From the IMG/VR virus record IMGVR_UViG_3300031227_000044, positions 1 to 58,951 of that record: a DNA stretch of 58,951 bases. The stretch is one strand, 5' to 3'. The notes below the pieces were generated by a model. The model ran no database searches and had not been told where the DNA came from. It saw nothing but the letters and a program-made list of their open reading frames with translations. The stretch comes from a virus (taxonomy: Duplodnaviria; Caudoviricetes). The position numbers and the translations under genes were made by a program. Shown piece by piece: positions 1-9,640 of this stretch (the stretch's first letter is position 1; the number at the start of each line of letters is the position of its first letter).

Positions 1-112
1 GCCTCAGTACAATCCAAAGCCGCTGCGCCACCGCTTCAGGCCCCTCTTCCGTAAGGTCCGGAGGATCAGGGTTCATGAAGCCGGTTTCCGGGTCAATTGG
101 TAGATCGCTCAT
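1..112 (-). CDS. Baseplate wedge-like protein, N-terminus only (runs off window edge)
   Basis: ATG at 112 overlaps the stop of the spike gene; reads MSDLPIDPETG...EAVAQRLWIVLR; position directly after the spike gene. Confidence 0.5.
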   Translation of the reverse strand, partial: MSDLPIDPETGFMNPDPPDLTEEGPEAVAQRLWIVLR

Positions 113-969
113 GGTATCAGCACCTTGTTGGTAGAAACGCCAAAGGAGTTTTTAGCCAATGGCGGGTCCTCTTCGTCAAACCGAGTCATCAGGCTCGTGA
201 GTTCCGCCTTGATCGTGTTAATGGGAGCCGGAACATCAATCGGGTTCCCACCGTACGTTGCCCCCGTGATGGCATCACAAAGGGCCTCCAGTTGCCCCAC
301 GATGGCCTGTAGCCAGCTTTTGAGAGGTGCGAGGGGTACGGGCAGGTTAGAAGCCTTTGGGCCGCCCAGGGCGCAATTACGGGACGGATTAAGAACGATG
401 TCTCCGGTATCACCACCGAGATAGACTTCGCTCTGGATGTTCTTCTCAGCCCACTCCAGCACAAGGCGAATGTCGTGGGGGTCCACGGTCGGGCCACCTT
501 CGCCCTTCGAACTGTCCGTGGTGGCCACTTTCGATACGAAGGGGAAGATCCCCGGTATCGCAATTGCATCATTCAGGTCGTGGTTCCTGGTGTCCTGCGG
601 ATCGTACGTCTCCCCAACGGCGTTTTCGTTTGCAAGCAAGAAGTTCGTCAAGGAGAAGTCGCTGAAGGTCAGGAGAACCAGCGAGCCCTTCATGATCGGC
701 ATGTACATGATCGCCTTCGGGCCACCTTCCGCAGAACTGTCCACCCGGGGCCACTGTACCGGAACGCTGTAGAGCATGGGGAAGTCGAACATATCCGAGT
801 GAGCCATCCCGGGGTAGATCAGCTTCGGAAGCGGCCACACGTTCACCGATTGGGTTTCTGCATTGTAGGAGTCCACCCGCCCAGGCATCGCCACGTACAG
901 CCCCTTGGCCATGCGCTCCATCATCATCCTCATGGCGTCACCAGCGGTGGATGCTCTGGGGTCTCTCAT
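109..969 (-). CDS. Baseplate central spike (Gp138/gpV-like OB-fold)
   Basis: AMPGRVDSYN...VPVQWP...LLTFSD...RNHDLNDAIAIPG motifs typical of Gp138 N-terminal domain; synteny. Confidence 0.8.
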   Translation of the reverse strand: MRDPRASTAGDAMRMMMERMAKGLYVAMPGRVDSYNAETQSVNVWPLPKLIYPGMAHSDMFDFPMLYSVPVQWPRVDSSAEGGPKAIMYMPIMKGSLVLLTFSDFSLTNFLLANENAVGETYDPQDTRNHDLNDAIAIPGIFPFVSKVATTDSSKGEGGPTVDPHDIRLVLEWAEKNIQSEVYLGGDTGDIVLNPSRNCALGGPKASNLPVPLAPLKSWLQAIVGQLEALCDAITGATYGGNPIDVPAPINTIKAELTSLMTRFDEEDPPLAKNSFGVSTNKVLIP

Positions 970-1976
970 GTGCTCAGGTCCCTTGCTTCGATGGTTGCAG
1001 AACAGTTGGTCGAATGGCTATCCCCTGTCATGCGGACGCTCACGATCTGCCGATCCGGCTGATCCGCCAAACTGATCCGGTAGTGAGGAAGAAGGTACTC
1101 GACCAGCATCATCTTGAATCGAACTCCAGGTAGCTTCTGTCCACGGGCCTCATAGATTTCAATCCGCTCTGGCGTGGAGAGCAGCCCGTTGCTGAAGCTG
1201 AAGACCTTCGCGGCGGCGCCCTGGGGCTCAAGGGGCTGTCCCCCGATGGAGAAGTGGGGGGTTCCATCCTGAATCGAGTAGTCCAGGCCAAGCGGAACCG
1301 CAATCTTAGCAAGCTCGTCTCCAATGCGACCCACCATGGCCTTGCCCCGCTCGAAGGTGGAAACACCCGCGCTTCCTTCCGCATCTTCAGCGGAAGTCTT
1401 CTTGAAGGAGTCTTTTATCTCGTCAATAAGCGTCTTCAGGACCGTCTTGTTCGCCTTCTTGTATTGCTCAATGGTGTCTTCCATGGCCTTTTTAATTGAA
1501 GTCCCGGGCGCATAGCTTTTCGGAAAGTGCTGCGAGGAGTCCTTCTTGCCGTCACGGAATGTCAGGCTCGTCACCCAGTCCGTGCCCTCCATGGCGCTCG
1601 ACCCAAGCGTGACATCCCCAGATCCAGCCTCAAACATTTTCGCATCATACTCAGCATTGGATGAGCCCAGAAGATCAAAGCCATCACCGAGATACCCGAA
1701 GTAGATTACAATCTCGTCGATGACTTCGCATATTTGGGCACGGCTTGTAGGATTCAGGTTGTAAATCTTGGCCCGAACCGTGTTCAGGTCCTCGTTCATG
1801 GTCTTGGATATCGAGAAGGCCAGGCGCAGATCGCGGCTATAGATCTGCCTTTCGGTCCCATCCTTGAACCGCAGCTTGAATTTGATTGACCTATTAAATG
1901 CTGGCTGACTCATAAAACAGTCCGCAAGGGCCGGCGAAACCAAGCTGGTCTTCACCGGCCGAGATGCCCGTCCCAA
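966..1976 (-). CDS. Baseplate hub protein (true start probably about 1913, MSQPAFNR)
   Basis: FSISKT...KIYNLN...FGY, YSIQDG, GLLSTPE, GDSH motifs; lies between plug and spike genes. Confidence 0.75.
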   Translation of the reverse strand: MGRASRPVKTSLVSPALADCFMSQPAFNRSIKFKLRFKDGTERQIYSRDLRLAFSISKTMNEDLNTVRAKIYNLNPTSRAQICEVIDEIVIYFGYLGDGFDLLGSSNAEYDAKMFEAGSGDVTLGSSAMEGTDWVTSLTFRDGKKDSSQHFPKSYAPGTSIKKAMEDTIEQYKKANKTVLKTLIDEIKDSFKKTSAEDAEGSAGVSTFERGKAMVGRIGDELAKIAVPLGLDYSIQDGTPHFSIGGQPLEPQGAAAKVFSFSNGLLSTPERIEIYEARGQKLPGVRFKMMLVEYLLPHYRISLADQPDRQIVSVRMTGDSHSTNCSATIEARDLST

Positions 1977-2223
1977 GGCGGTTGAGGATTACGATTCTTC
2001 CGTCAGGAAGGCTCGTCACTAGGACGTTTCGAAAGGGGTTCCAGTCTGCAACAAGCTTGAAGCCCTGGATCAGCGGAACACCGATCTCAGAAAGGAGGTC
2101 GGCAAAGTACCGATCAACACGGGCATTATAGACGACTCTGATTCTGTAGCGTGATCCGTCGAGTGACGTAACGTTGTCCTGGGCAACCACCCCGGACCTT
2201 ACGCTGATTTCCTTGACTGCCAT
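1894..2223 (-). CDS. Baseplate plug / small baseplate protein
   Basis: SLDGSRYRIRVVYNAR motif, size and synteny. Confidence 0.6.
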   Translation of the reverse strand: MAVKEISVRSGVVAQDNVTSLDGSRYRIRVVYNARVDRYFADLLSEIGVPLIQGFKLVADWNPFRNVLVTSLPDGRIVILNRLGTGISAGEDQLGFAGPCGLFYESASI

Positions 2224-2804
2224 CAGGGCTCCTTATCTTCCACAGCGTCCGTTTCGGCATCGTCGGCAGGCTTGTCGTCCGCAACACCACTCTCCCCACC
2301 CTGGAGGTCGATGACCGTGACCTTCTTCATTCGAATGTTGAACTCCATGGCACGGCCAGTACGCTCAGAAAGCGGCATCCGAAGACTCGTGATGTAGTAG
2401 TCAATGTAGTAATCCCTTGCGGTCGTGATGTTGAATGCCGACTTCGCCGCCATCTTGTCTCTAAAAAACTCGTAGGCGTTCTTGGCCGGAATTACCGTAC
2501 TGGCATCATCTGAAAACAATGAATCAACGCCACTGGCAAATGCGGCAAAGGGGTTCGGGTTTAGGTCAACGGGCGTGTCCGAAATGATCCCCTCGATTTC
2601 AAGCTCAGGGGGAGACATGATGATGTGGTCGTTCACAACCGAACCGTCCTCGATATTCAGATCAGTGATCCGGGCCGATTGCGAATACCCTTCACGTACA
2701 GTTGCATCCACGGAAAGCCAAACGTCCCCATACGTTCCGGTAGCGCCAACGCCAACGGCAATCACTGTCTTGTGCGGAGGGTCTATGACGCTAATGATGC
2801 TCAT
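2223..2804 (-). CDS. Dit-like baseplate / tail-tube initiator protein
   Basis: DATVRE...ITDLNIEDGSVVNDHI...LEIEGIISDTP motif; directly after tape measure. Confidence 0.75.
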   Translation of the reverse strand: MSIISVIDPPHKTVIAVGVGATGTYGDVWLSVDATVREGYSQSARITDLNIEDGSVVNDHIIMSPPELEIEGIISDTPVDLNPNPFAAFASGVDSLFSDDASTVIPAKNAYEFFRDKMAAKSAFNITTARDYYIDYYITSLRMPLSERTGRAMEFNIRMKKVTVIDLQGGESGVADDKPADDAETDAVEDKEP

Positions 2805-4846
2805 TTTCCATTCGTCGTTGGTGCCAGCGTGTCGCCGGTCGTGCTTGTGAGAAGATCAATGAAAGTGCTGTTGTAATCCGATACGGCTTCTTTCCGCTCG
2901 AAATCTTGCAAAGCGTCGAAAGCAGACTGCTCATCCTTGACATTAAGAATGACTGTCTGGCCGTTCCTTTCGATGACAACGGTTTTTTGGCCTGTTTTTG
3001 GATTTACGCCAGAAACGAAAGCTTCCCTTGATTGCCCTGTCTCACCGCCAAACTGCTGGAAGGCCCCGACCATGCCGCCAATGGGGCTCATTCGGTCCTT
3101 CGGGAATAGCCCTTCTAATACCCGCTTCAGGACTCCAGGTGCGTGCATGAGTTGTGCGGCCATAGGGGCAAGCGGACCAAAGAGGAAGAACCAAAGGATG
3201 CCACCGTACTGATCCAGCTTCTCGTTTATTCCACTGAAAAAATCAGTGAGACCCCGAAGGGAGTCCTTTATCTTCTGGACAGTATCGGGAAACACCTTTC
3301 CCCATGCCTTGACGGCTTCGATTGCTTCGTAAATTGCAACTGCAACGAGGACAATGGTGACGATAATCATCGTTACGGGCGCCACTACCGCCAAGATGAC
3401 CAGCAGGAGGACGCCCATCATTGCGGCCAAGTTGTTCCCCCAGTATTCGGAAACACCCAAGGCCCTTGCTAGATCCTGAAAAGCGTTCTCAGCCCCGTGA
3501 GCACCACCGATCAGGTCCTCGATCACAAGGAACAGGAGAATAAGAGAAGCTGCGGCGATCAGGGGCCCAAGGATGAGCTTGCCGAATGCCGTTGCAGCGG
3601 TCCACCCTAGCCTGCCCATCGCCACAGTAACGAGCATGATGCCCATCTGAAGAAAGCCGAAAAGCCCCGTGAGGGTCACGATGGCCAAACCGAAAGAGAT
3701 GAAGGTGGCCACGAAGTCCTTGATCGCAGGGTGCTTGTCTAGGAACACTCGAATGTTGTGGACAAAAATCCGGAGATTATCCGCCATTGCACCAAAGGCC
3801 TTGTTCTTGTCGATGGATGCAACGAGGGCCCTGAAGGCCGCCTGGAACTGATTTATCTTTTGTGTTCCGGTTTCCATCCGGGTGAGGAACCCTGCCTCAA
3901 GATGGTCGCCAGACTCGGCTATTTTTTGGATGTAGCCTTCCAGAACTTCGGCCTCTCGCATCAGAATGGGCACGTAGGCGTTTCCAACACGTCTTCCGAA
4001 AATGTGCATCAAGATTTGAGCACGACTGGCCTTCGTATACTTCCCCATTGTCTTGGAAAGGGTCTGGAAAATTACGTTGAGGTTCTTGAACCCACCGGTT
4101 TTTGGATCCACGAAGTCGTTTACGTCCAGCCCGATGCCTTCCAGCGCTTCCTTGGCTCGACCCTTGCCAGACATCATGAGGGCCATACCGGAGAACAACC
4201 TGGTTCCAAGCTGGGCACCTGACACCGACAGGACAGACATGGCCGTGAGGGTCCCGAGGATTTGATCCAGCGGCTGCTGCATCAGCACGGCAAGGGGAAT
4301 GGCCTTGTTCATCGCGTCCGCAATTTCTTCGATGAAGTTGGGGCCTGTTTTCGATGCGACAAAGATCATGTTTGCGATTTTCTGAAGCGGCATGTCCTTG
4401 AAGGCAATCGATGACTTCTGGATAGCACGAGCAGTCTTGAGAGGATCGGCCTCCCCGACCTTCTTCAGCTTGTTCACGACCTCCAAAAGATCGAGAAACT
4501 TCGCTTCAAGCGGATCGATTCCAAGGTTGATGATGTTCCGCATGTCATCGTGGATTTCCTCGAAACTGACGCCGAACTTCTCAGACATGTTCTTTGAAAC
4601 GCGGGCGAGCTTGCCCTGAAGCTGATCGAAGCTGTTGCCGGTGAGGTTCACCATCGCCATCACGCGGGCAAGGCTGTCCTCAAAGGCAAGAGAGGTCCCG
4701 AAGATGCCGGCGAACGCTGCGGCACCAGCAACCCCCATCGCAAGGAAGCCACGCTGTACGCGCATGACCAGGCGCTCCAACGCAAACAGATCATCATCGT
4801 TTACGTTGATGTCCCAGCCAATTCCAATGTTGCGAAGGACGGTCAT
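2801..4846 (-). CDS. Tail tape measure protein
   Basis: Long helical Ala/Gly-rich protein with TP901-like core and hydrophobic central segments; follows tail chaperone. Confidence 0.9.
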   Translation of the reverse strand: MTVLRNIGIGWDINVNDDDLFALERLVMRVQRGFLAMGVAGAAAFAGIFGTSLAFEDSLARVMAMVNLTGNSFDQLQGKLARVSKNMSEKFGVSFEEIHDDMRNIINLGIDPLEAKFLDLLEVVNKLKKVGEADPLKTARAIQKSSIAFKDMPLQKIANMIFVASKTGPNFIEEIADAMNKAIPLAVLMQQPLDQILGTLTAMSVLSVSGAQLGTRLFSGMALMMSGKGRAKEALEGIGLDVNDFVDPKTGGFKNLNVIFQTLSKTMGKYTKASRAQILMHIFGRRVGNAYVPILMREAEVLEGYIQKIAESGDHLEAGFLTRMETGTQKINQFQAAFRALVASIDKNKAFGAMADNLRIFVHNIRVFLDKHPAIKDFVATFISFGLAIVTLTGLFGFLQMGIMLVTVAMGRLGWTAATAFGKLILGPLIAAASLILLFLVIEDLIGGAHGAENAFQDLARALGVSEYWGNNLAAMMGVLLLVILAVVAPVTMIIVTIVLVAVAIYEAIEAVKAWGKVFPDTVQKIKDSLRGLTDFFSGINEKLDQYGGILWFFLFGPLAPMAAQLMHAPGVLKRVLEGLFPKDRMSPIGGMVGAFQQFGGETGQSREAFVSGVNPKTGQKTVVIERNGQTVILNVKDEQSAFDALQDFERKEAVSDYNSTFIDLLTSTTGDTLAPTTNGK

Positions 4847-5109
4847 GTTGAACTACCTTTTTTCTTGGCCTTTTCCGCCTGTTGGCGCTCGGCCTCTTCC
4901 ATCAAGTCAAGGTATTCGTTGAGATCAAAGACCCACTCGGGAGAAATTCTGTCCAGTTCTTCGATGGAAACGACTTTCTTCACGACGAGCCGTAGAAGGG
5001 GCATTTTCCAGGCTAGGTGCTCCGGTATCTCTACGGAGCAACTTTCGCTTCCGGATCGCTTTCGTCTTTCGGCGTTTCTCTCGTGATACTCCGAAAGGCG
5101 CCGAAAAAA
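4843..5109 (-). CDS. -1 frameshift extension of the tail assembly chaperone (gpGT-like)
   Basis: Slippery T TTT TTC at 5109-5103 in chaperone frame (GAT TTT TTC); the -1 frame stays open (...LRLVVKKVVSIEELDRISPEWVFDLNEYLDLMEE...) to TGA at 4843, overlapping the TMP ATG. Confidence 0.75.
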   Translation of the reverse strand, partial: FFRRLSEYHERNAERRKRSGSESCSVEIPEHLAWKMPLLRLVVKKVVSIEELDRISPEWVFDLNEYLDLMEEAERQQAEKAKKKGSST

Positions 5110-5558
5110 TCCGGGAAGTTCGCCTCCAGGACAAACTTGACGATCTTGTAGAGGAGGACCATGTTGCCAGACCCAAACTGCTTTTCGAAGTTCGTGTCGT
5201 TGACAATGGCCCCATCAATGGAAGTTTTTTCGAGGATGTACTTGATGAACTTCAGGGCTTCATCTTCATCCATCGAATCGTAAAGTGCCGCAATGGCTTC
5301 ACCGATGAAGGAAAAGTCCACATCGGATTCGGCCAGGGTGTCGATGAAGGCCTTGGAGTCAATCGGCGCACCCTTTCCACCAGCAGCCTTCTGTGCGGCC
5401 TTCACGAAAACGTCCGTCAGGGGGCCAAGCGTAGCCCCGATGCTGCGCCCGATCCGGCCCAGGAACTTGTAGTGGACCTTGAATGCCTTGCTGGCCGAGA
5501 AGAAGGTGGTCTTGACTTCCAGACCATTGATCTCGGTATGGGCGTTATTAAACGACAT
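5031..5558 (-). CDS. Tail assembly chaperone (gpG-like)
   Basis: Start MSFNNAH with AGGAGG upstream; lies between tube and TMP; ends ...NFPDFFG. Confidence 0.8.
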   Translation of the reverse strand: MSFNNAHTEINGLEVKTTFFSASKAFKVHYKFLGRIGRSIGATLGPLTDVFVKAAQKAAGGKGAPIDSKAFIDTLAESDVDFSFIGEAIAALYDSMDEDEALKFIKYILEKTSIDGAIVNDTNFEKQFGSGNMVLLYKIVKFVLEANFPDFFGAFRSITRETPKDESDPEAKVAP

Positions 5559-5976
5559 TACCACCCTCCTTGAAGACGATCTCGCCGCAGTCGAAGATCC
5601 ATTCACGGTCCTTCTCTTCGGCCCCGAACTCGGCAGATGGCTGCTTGGACGGCCAACCGTCAGCCGCGACATGCTGCGAGTTGCCCGAGTTGTCCGTGAT
5701 GCTGATCGGCACTACGCCATCGCTGTTCTGCTTGTCCGTGTTGTAGATGGCCTGCAAGTCGGCGTTTGAGTCACTGGTCTGGTGCAGCGTGAAGGTGATC
5801 TTGCCGGTGTAGTTGTTCGCCTTGGCGCGGGACACGTGCCCATCGGCGCTCACGCGCTTGGACCAGGCATCCTCGTCATGTTCCACCTTGACGAACGAAT
5901 CTCGTGCAACGCCGGTAATGATGTTGCCATCCACCTCTACGGTGACATCGGCTGCATTGTATGTCAGGACAGGCAT
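5548..5976 (-). CDS. Tail tube protein (DUF3277-like), copy 1
   Basis: TYNAADV...GKITFTLHQTSDSN...REWIFDC; AGGAGG RBS. Confidence 0.85.
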   Translation of the reverse strand: MPVLTYNAADVTVEVDGNIITGVARDSFVKVEHDEDAWSKRVSADGHVSRAKANNYTGKITFTLHQTSDSNADLQAIYNTDKQNSDGVVPISITDNSGNSQHVAADGWPSKQPSAEFGAEEKDREWIFDCGEIVFKEGGNVV

Positions 5977-6006
5977 AGTCGACCTCCTCTTAAAATCCAC
6001 GAACCA

Positions 6007-6504
6007 TTAAAATCCAAGGATTACGTTTCCCAAGTTCAAAAGATCAACCGTTGCAAGGTCAAACGTCCAGCGGCGAACCATCAAGCCCTTCTTGAACTCG
6101 ATGTCGGCCGGTTTCTGAATCCATGCGGACAAAGACAGCCCAGTTGATCCACCTGAGATGTCGAGAACCAGTATCGGGACGATTCCGAACTTTCCCAACT
6201 CGTCGATGTATTGCAGCGTAGTAAGCAAAGCGTTCGATTCGCTGGTCTGCATCAGATCGATCGTCATGGTCCCGGTGAGGTCTTTGGCCATGACGCGGGT
6301 AACTTCCCCATTCACTCCAGACTTCTTTGTGAACGTGGGCTTGTCCCGGGAGATCCGAACGAAGCTTTCTGGCGCAAGGCCAATCAGCGGAATCGCACCA
6401 ATGATAATCTGGACAGACTTTGCATCGTAGGAACGGACGCCACCGAAGAAGGTGGTGGCCATGTCCCCTGCAAAATCTGATGGTGTCGGAATTCCGCCTA
6501 GCAT
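6007..6504 (-). CDS. Tail tube protein paralog (DUF3277-like), copy 2
   Basis: SYDAKSV...GTMTIDLMQTSESN...RRWTFD aligns by eye with copy 1. Confidence 0.8.
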   Translation of the reverse strand: MLGGIPTPSDFAGDMATTFFGGVRSYDAKSVQIIIGAIPLIGLAPESFVRISRDKPTFTKKSGVNGEVTRVMAKDLTGTMTIDLMQTSESNALLTTLQYIDELGKFGIVPILVLDISGGSTGLSLSAWIQKPADIEFKKGLMVRRWTFDLATVDLLNLGNVILGF

Positions 6505-6523
6505 CCCAAGGATCCCCTTTGCG

Positions 6524-8173
6524 TTACACGGACAGGTTCACGGTCATGCTGGTCACAAGAATCGCCCCGGCCACCGTGGCGTTACCCTCCACGTCCTTCA
6601 GGATGTGGTTGGCCAGGTCAGAAGTCGAGATGTCAACCCGCTTTGGCGCCGTCACGGAATACCCGGGGGCACCGTAGGTCTCGGCGTCACGGAAAAGGTA
6701 TTCGGTCTGGATGCCCTTCTCGAACCATGTGGTGATCTGGGCCTTGATGAGGGCAATGCCCGCATCGGTAAACGGAATTTTGGCATTGTTTGTGTATGCG
6801 TACAGGACGGACTCGGTAATCCGCGAGTACAGCCAGTCCCGGCCGGTAATGATGGCGATCCACTCCCCGGCCGCGACCTTGCCCGGCATGGTGACGAAGG
6901 ACCCGCCAACGGTCTCGTAGGTATTGCAGTTCTTCCCACCGGAGCCGAGCAGGAGGTCTCCGTAGCAGTTCGTCTCCTGGGTGGAGGTCAGGTTGTCGGT
7001 GGTGACGCTGGTAAGGGTCCAGTAGGCCCAGGCAGCGGTCTCCACATCAGGATCGAAGGTCAGCATCCGGCCGAACCATGAAACGTCAGACCACTGGTCA
7101 GCCGCTCCACCCCACGAATCGGCATGGTACTGGACCCATGTGCGGAAGTAGCTCAGGGCCTTGCACTGGGCGATGATGGTGGTGGTGTCATAGGTCACGG
7201 TGGTATCCGGGATGTTCGGGTCCGCGCTGACACAGCCGAAGATTTTGATCTTCTGTTCGATGTAGGCCGCGACGGTAAGCTGCTGATCGGAGTTCCTGTT
7301 CAGGATCGAAATCCCGTACCAGGCATCGTCCGCGTCCTGGATGGCCGAAAGGGCGGTTGCCCAACTCTCGGTGACTCCGGGGTAGGTCAGCGCGATGGCT
7401 CCGGTACCGGTCCCGTCCGTGTCGGCTTCCGCCGTGATGTCAGAACCGTCCTGCGTGGACACCACGTAGAACCAGTCGCTGGCCCCATCGTGGTAGGCGT
7501 ATGCAGCGCAATCTTCGGTTCCGGCGATGATGTCAGTAGCCAGAGAATCAGCCGTCAGGGCAGCAGTCCCCTGCGCGATGGCCGTGTAGTCCTCGCCATT
7601 GACCGTGACCTGGTAGGTCGTGAGAGCATCGTAGGCCGACACGTTGAACCGACCAGCCACGTTCTGGGTCAGGTAGGACCCATCCACAGCGGAGGGCAGA
7701 TCCAGAGCAGCGGTGGCGCCGTTCAACGCGATGGTGTAGATGCCATCGGTCAGGGCGGTTGCAATGGAGGGGGCGTAGGCGGCGTTGATCAGGCCCACGA
7801 TCCCGGTAGCAATCGACGCCAGGGTGGCGCCAATGCCGGAAGTGTATGTGTAGTCCACGCCATCAACCGTGTGGGTGTAGTCGGTGCTGTCCGCAACCGT
7901 CACGACCCGGCACACAGCAGTCGCGAGCCGCTGCCGGCCAATCTTGATGGAGGTCGGCTTGGGCTTCTGGGAGAAGTAAGCCGACACAGCCTTGTAGACC
8001 GCATGGTTGCTGTTGAAATGGTCATCGGTCAGGTCGGTGGCCTTCGTGTAGGACTTCGCCCGATCTGCAAATCCGGCGTGGGCGCCCGCAAGCAGCAGAA
8101 TTCCGAATCCAGCCTTTTCGACCGCCCCGGTTTGAAGATTGATGTCCAAGTTAATAATCTTGCTGATGTCCAT
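6524..8173 (-). CDS. Tail sheath protein (DUF3383-like)
   Basis: AGFGILL...YFSQKPKP..IKIG N-terminus; GEWI...GRDWL...KIPFTDAGI C-terminus. Confidence 0.9.
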   Translation of the reverse strand: MDISKIINLDINLQTGAVEKAGFGILLLAGAHAGFADRAKSYTKATDLTDDHFNSNHAVYKAVSAYFSQKPKPTSIKIGRQRLATAVCRVVTVADSTDYTHTVDGVDYTYTSGIGATLASIATGIVGLINAAYAPSIATALTDGIYTIALNGATAALDLPSAVDGSYLTQNVAGRFNVSAYDALTTYQVTVNGEDYTAIAQGTAALTADSLATDIIAGTEDCAAYAYHDGASDWFYVVSTQDGSDITAEADTDGTGTGAIALTYPGVTESWATALSAIQDADDAWYGISILNRNSDQQLTVAAYIEQKIKIFGCVSADPNIPDTTVTYDTTTIIAQCKALSYFRTWVQYHADSWGGAADQWSDVSWFGRMLTFDPDVETAAWAYWTLTSVTTDNLTSTQETNCYGDLLLGSGGKNCNTYETVGGSFVTMPGKVAAGEWIAIITGRDWLYSRITESVLYAYTNNAKIPFTDAGIALIKAQITTWFEKGIQTEYLFRDAETYGAPGYSVTAPKRVDISTSDLANHILKDVEGNATVAGAILVTSMTVNLSV

Positions 8174-8191
8174 TGCCCACTCCCTTATTGG

Positions 8192-9019
8192 TTAGGGTGA
8201 GGTTACTTCAAACTCTAGGTCATTCAGGTCGATCTCGACCTCTTCGATGGTGTCAATGGTCCCGAACCTTCTCAAGGACAGGCCAAACCGCACATCCATC
8301 TGGACCCGCTTTTCCGATTTTGTTTCGAGCATGGCCGTCAGGTCGTTGATCCCATACTCTAGTTGATACGCCAGATCGACAGCACCTTGATGCGCGTCCA
8401 GCGTGAGCTTAGTGTCCAGTTCAGGGCTGAACTCGTATCCCGGGGTGGCGCTCAGGGTGAAGTCGCCCACTCCAGAGCCGTCAGCGGCCTTCACGTCTCC
8501 TATATAGCCCACCCATGAGTCGAGTACGTCTGCGGAGTTCACGGCCGCTACAATCAAGTCTCGGATGCTCTGGGCGGTGGGGGCCAAACCCGATGTCACC
8601 GTCACGATCACATCATCGATGGTCACGGTGTAGTCCGTGCTTGCTTGAACGTCCGTTACCGAGATGGTTTCAATTTGGCGCTGGCGAAGAGACCGAACCA
8701 CGTCCGGGTCTTCAAGCGAAGCCCTCAAGTCCCGCATGGTATCCCGGGGCACGTCATCAATGCCGGTCTCGCCAATGACGAACAAGGAAACGACGAAGCT
8801 TCCGCTTCCAAGAATCTCTTGTCCGTATCCAGGTGATCCGGCAGCGGCTACAACGTGCTGGTACGTGTACTTCATCGGTGCATCGCTAAACATTCTGAGA
8901 AGGACGTAGGGCCGCGCCGGTCTGGGCTGGTTCTGAAAAGCCCAAATGATCCGCGTCAGGTTGCTCTGTGCAGCAACCCAACCGTAAAGCATTTCACGGA
9001 TGTCGGAGTTCTCGGCCAT
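8192..9019 (-). CDS. Tail terminator / neck protein with an inserted domain
   Basis: IIWAFQNQPRPARPY N-terminus, RVQMDVRF...TIEEVEI C-terminus; directly upstream of sheath. Confidence 0.7.
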   Translation of the reverse strand: MAENSDIREMLYGWVAAQSNLTRIIWAFQNQPRPARPYVLLRMFSDAPMKYTYQHVVAAAGSPGYGQEILGSGSFVVSLFVIGETGIDDVPRDTMRDLRASLEDPDVVRSLRQRQIETISVTDVQASTDYTVTIDDVIVTVTSGLAPTAQSIRDLIVAAVNSADVLDSWVGYIGDVKAADGSGVGDFTLSATPGYEFSPELDTKLTLDAHQGAVDLAYQLEYGINDLTAMLETKSEKRVQMDVRFGLSLRRFGTIDTIEEVEIDLNDLEFEVTSP

Positions 9020-9271
9020 CTATCTGCCCACCTTCTCCTGCTTCGGTTCCTTCAATTCCTTCTGCACCTTTGAAACGCTCTTTTCTTCTTCGATCTCGTG
9101 TATGTCCAGTCCACCGATTAAAACGAGTTGGAGGAACCGGCTGTTGTCATACAGGGCCTTCAGCTTTTCACTCGAAACCTTCACCCGTCCACCAGGTCGG
9201 AACACGACGAGCTTTCCGCCTACATCGAATCCCCGAACCCTGTTCTTCTCCAGGTTCATGACGATATACAT
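9020..9271 (-). CDS. Hypothetical protein in neck module
   Basis: ORF fills the gap with RBS; no family recognised. Confidence 0.6.
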   Translation of the reverse strand: MYIVMNLEKNRVRGFDVGGKLVVFRPGGRVKVSSEKLKALYDNSRFLQLVLIGGLDIHEIEEEKSVSKVQKELKEPKQEKVGR

Positions 9272-9283
9272 GAGTCGCCTTTC

Positions 9284-9640
9284 TTACGGGTTTACACGAG
9301 CGATGATGCACTCGTAGTGATCCAGGGCACCCATCTGGTATGGACGAACCTTGATGACTTCGTAGTCAGAGCCGTTCCACACCACCCGATCCGCTTCCGT
9401 TTTGGTATCCTGGTCGATTGTGCGAAGCAGGGTGTCCGTATAGACGGTTTGAAGCTCCTTCTCTCGATCTCCTTCAGGTAGGGTCAACACCTCGTCGCCA
9501 GACATGGGCTGCACTGACGCTTTAATGGTGAATGTCGTTGGCGTAACCGGCTGATAGACGCCCTTGACCAGAGCGGCAGCGGTGTAGCGCTTCACCGTAA
9601 TGCCAGATTCAAACTGCTCTTTGGGTTGCGGTATCGTCAT
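9284..9640 (-). CDS. Head closure / head-tail adaptor
   Basis: IKASVQP...LPEGDR...VYT...ADRVVWNG..YEV motif. Confidence 0.8.
   Translation of the reverse strand: MTIPQPKEQFESGITVKRYTAAALVKGVYQPVTPTTFTIKASVQPMSGDEVLTLPEGDREKELQTVYTDTLLRTIDQDTKTEADRVVWNGSDYEVIKVRPYQMGALDHYECIIARVNP

Noticed and set aside
5548-6504. Two tail-tube paralogs as a novelty
   Set aside because: Duplicated tube-like genes are a recurrent feature of contractile-tail modules
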